64,000 bases of DNA from an uncultured virus (IMG/VR IMGVR_UViG_3300034102_001587). Lineage: Duplodnaviria; Heunggongvirae; Uroviricota; Caudoviricetes. The notes beneath the pieces were generated by a model. It had not been told where the DNA came from. It ran no database searches and worked only from the letters and a program-made list of their open reading frames with translations. Shown here piece after piece: positions 63,727 through 64,000 of the stretch (the stretch's first letter is position 1; every line of letters starts with the position of its first letter). The translations under genes were made by a program, and so were the position numbers. The DNA is taken from IMG/VR virus record IMGVR_UViG_3300034102_001587, positions 1-64,000 of that record, one strand, 5' to 3'.

Positions 63727-64000
63727 ATAGAACAACACCAAATATAGAATTAGGAACTACTCTTAAAAAAAGAGATAGAATGGATTTTAAATCATTTGTA
63801 ACTGGTGTAGTTACTGATACATTTATTTATCAATTTAATCCAAATGCAATTAGTTTAGATGAAACTGGAGAATTATTTACACTTTCTTTATTTAATAAGA
63901 GATTTATAGTAGATAATTTACAAGTAGATAAAGTGAAGGATTATATTGATGTATATTTATTTGGAGTTAAACAGCCACAAAACCGATATGATGTCAGTTT
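63723..64000 (+). CDS. Hypothetical structural protein, truncated by the window end
   Basis: ATGA overlap; open to the end: MNRTTPNIELGTTLKKRD...YIDVYLFGVKQPQNRYDVS. Confidence 0.6.
   Translation, partial: MNRTTPNIELGTTLKKRDRMDFKSFVTGVVTDTFIYQFNPNAISLDETGELFTLSLFNKRFIVDNLQVDKVKDYIDVYLFGVKQPQNRYDVS

Noticed and set aside
1..64000. Alternative genetic code (stop-codon reassignment)
   Set aside because: Genes are full length under code 11, and TAA, TAG (24174, 32128) and TGA (2412, 7959) all act as stops at tight gene junctions.
1..64000. tRNA, rRNA, integrase, tail sheath/tube or tape-measure genes
   Set aside because: None recognised by eye; intergenic gaps are mostly short and AT-rich. A tRNAscan/Rfam run would be needed to exclude small RNAs.

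Overview
This AT-rich 64-kb window is part of a large T4-like (contractile-tail) phage genome, with almost all genes on the + strand. The host is most likely Bacteroidota: there are two perfect TTTG-N20-TAnnTTTG host promoters, A-rich start regions mostly without Shine-Dalgarno sequences, and Bacteroidota-type envelope genes. In order, the window holds: a TonB-dependent receptor, lipoprotein and outer-membrane protein cluster; small head-targeted proteins and an Ntn hydrolase; a baseplate module (gp5-like, CHAP, GH19, gp25, gp6, large wedge proteins); a primase plus fused Mre11-Rad50 island; a 2704-aa tail fibre; a glycosylation cassette (GT4-methyltransferase-GT25 fusion, TibC/Aah-like heptosyltransferase, ADP-heptose adenylyltransferase); and the head module (terminase, portal, protease, scaffold, major capsid, neck gp13/14/15-like). 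The main hypotheses are: (1) a virion-protein heptosylation system whose candidate sequon, [ST]-[GAS]-S, is strongly enriched in outer structural proteins; (2) capsid-packaged cargo sharing an MI[KR]Lxx[LI]xxE leader and activated by the prohead protease; (3) a phage-encoded outer-membrane uptake module; (4) a late-promoter motif, ATATTTATA, whose core is the reverse complement of the T4 late promoter. All functional calls come from reading motifs by eye; no searches were run.
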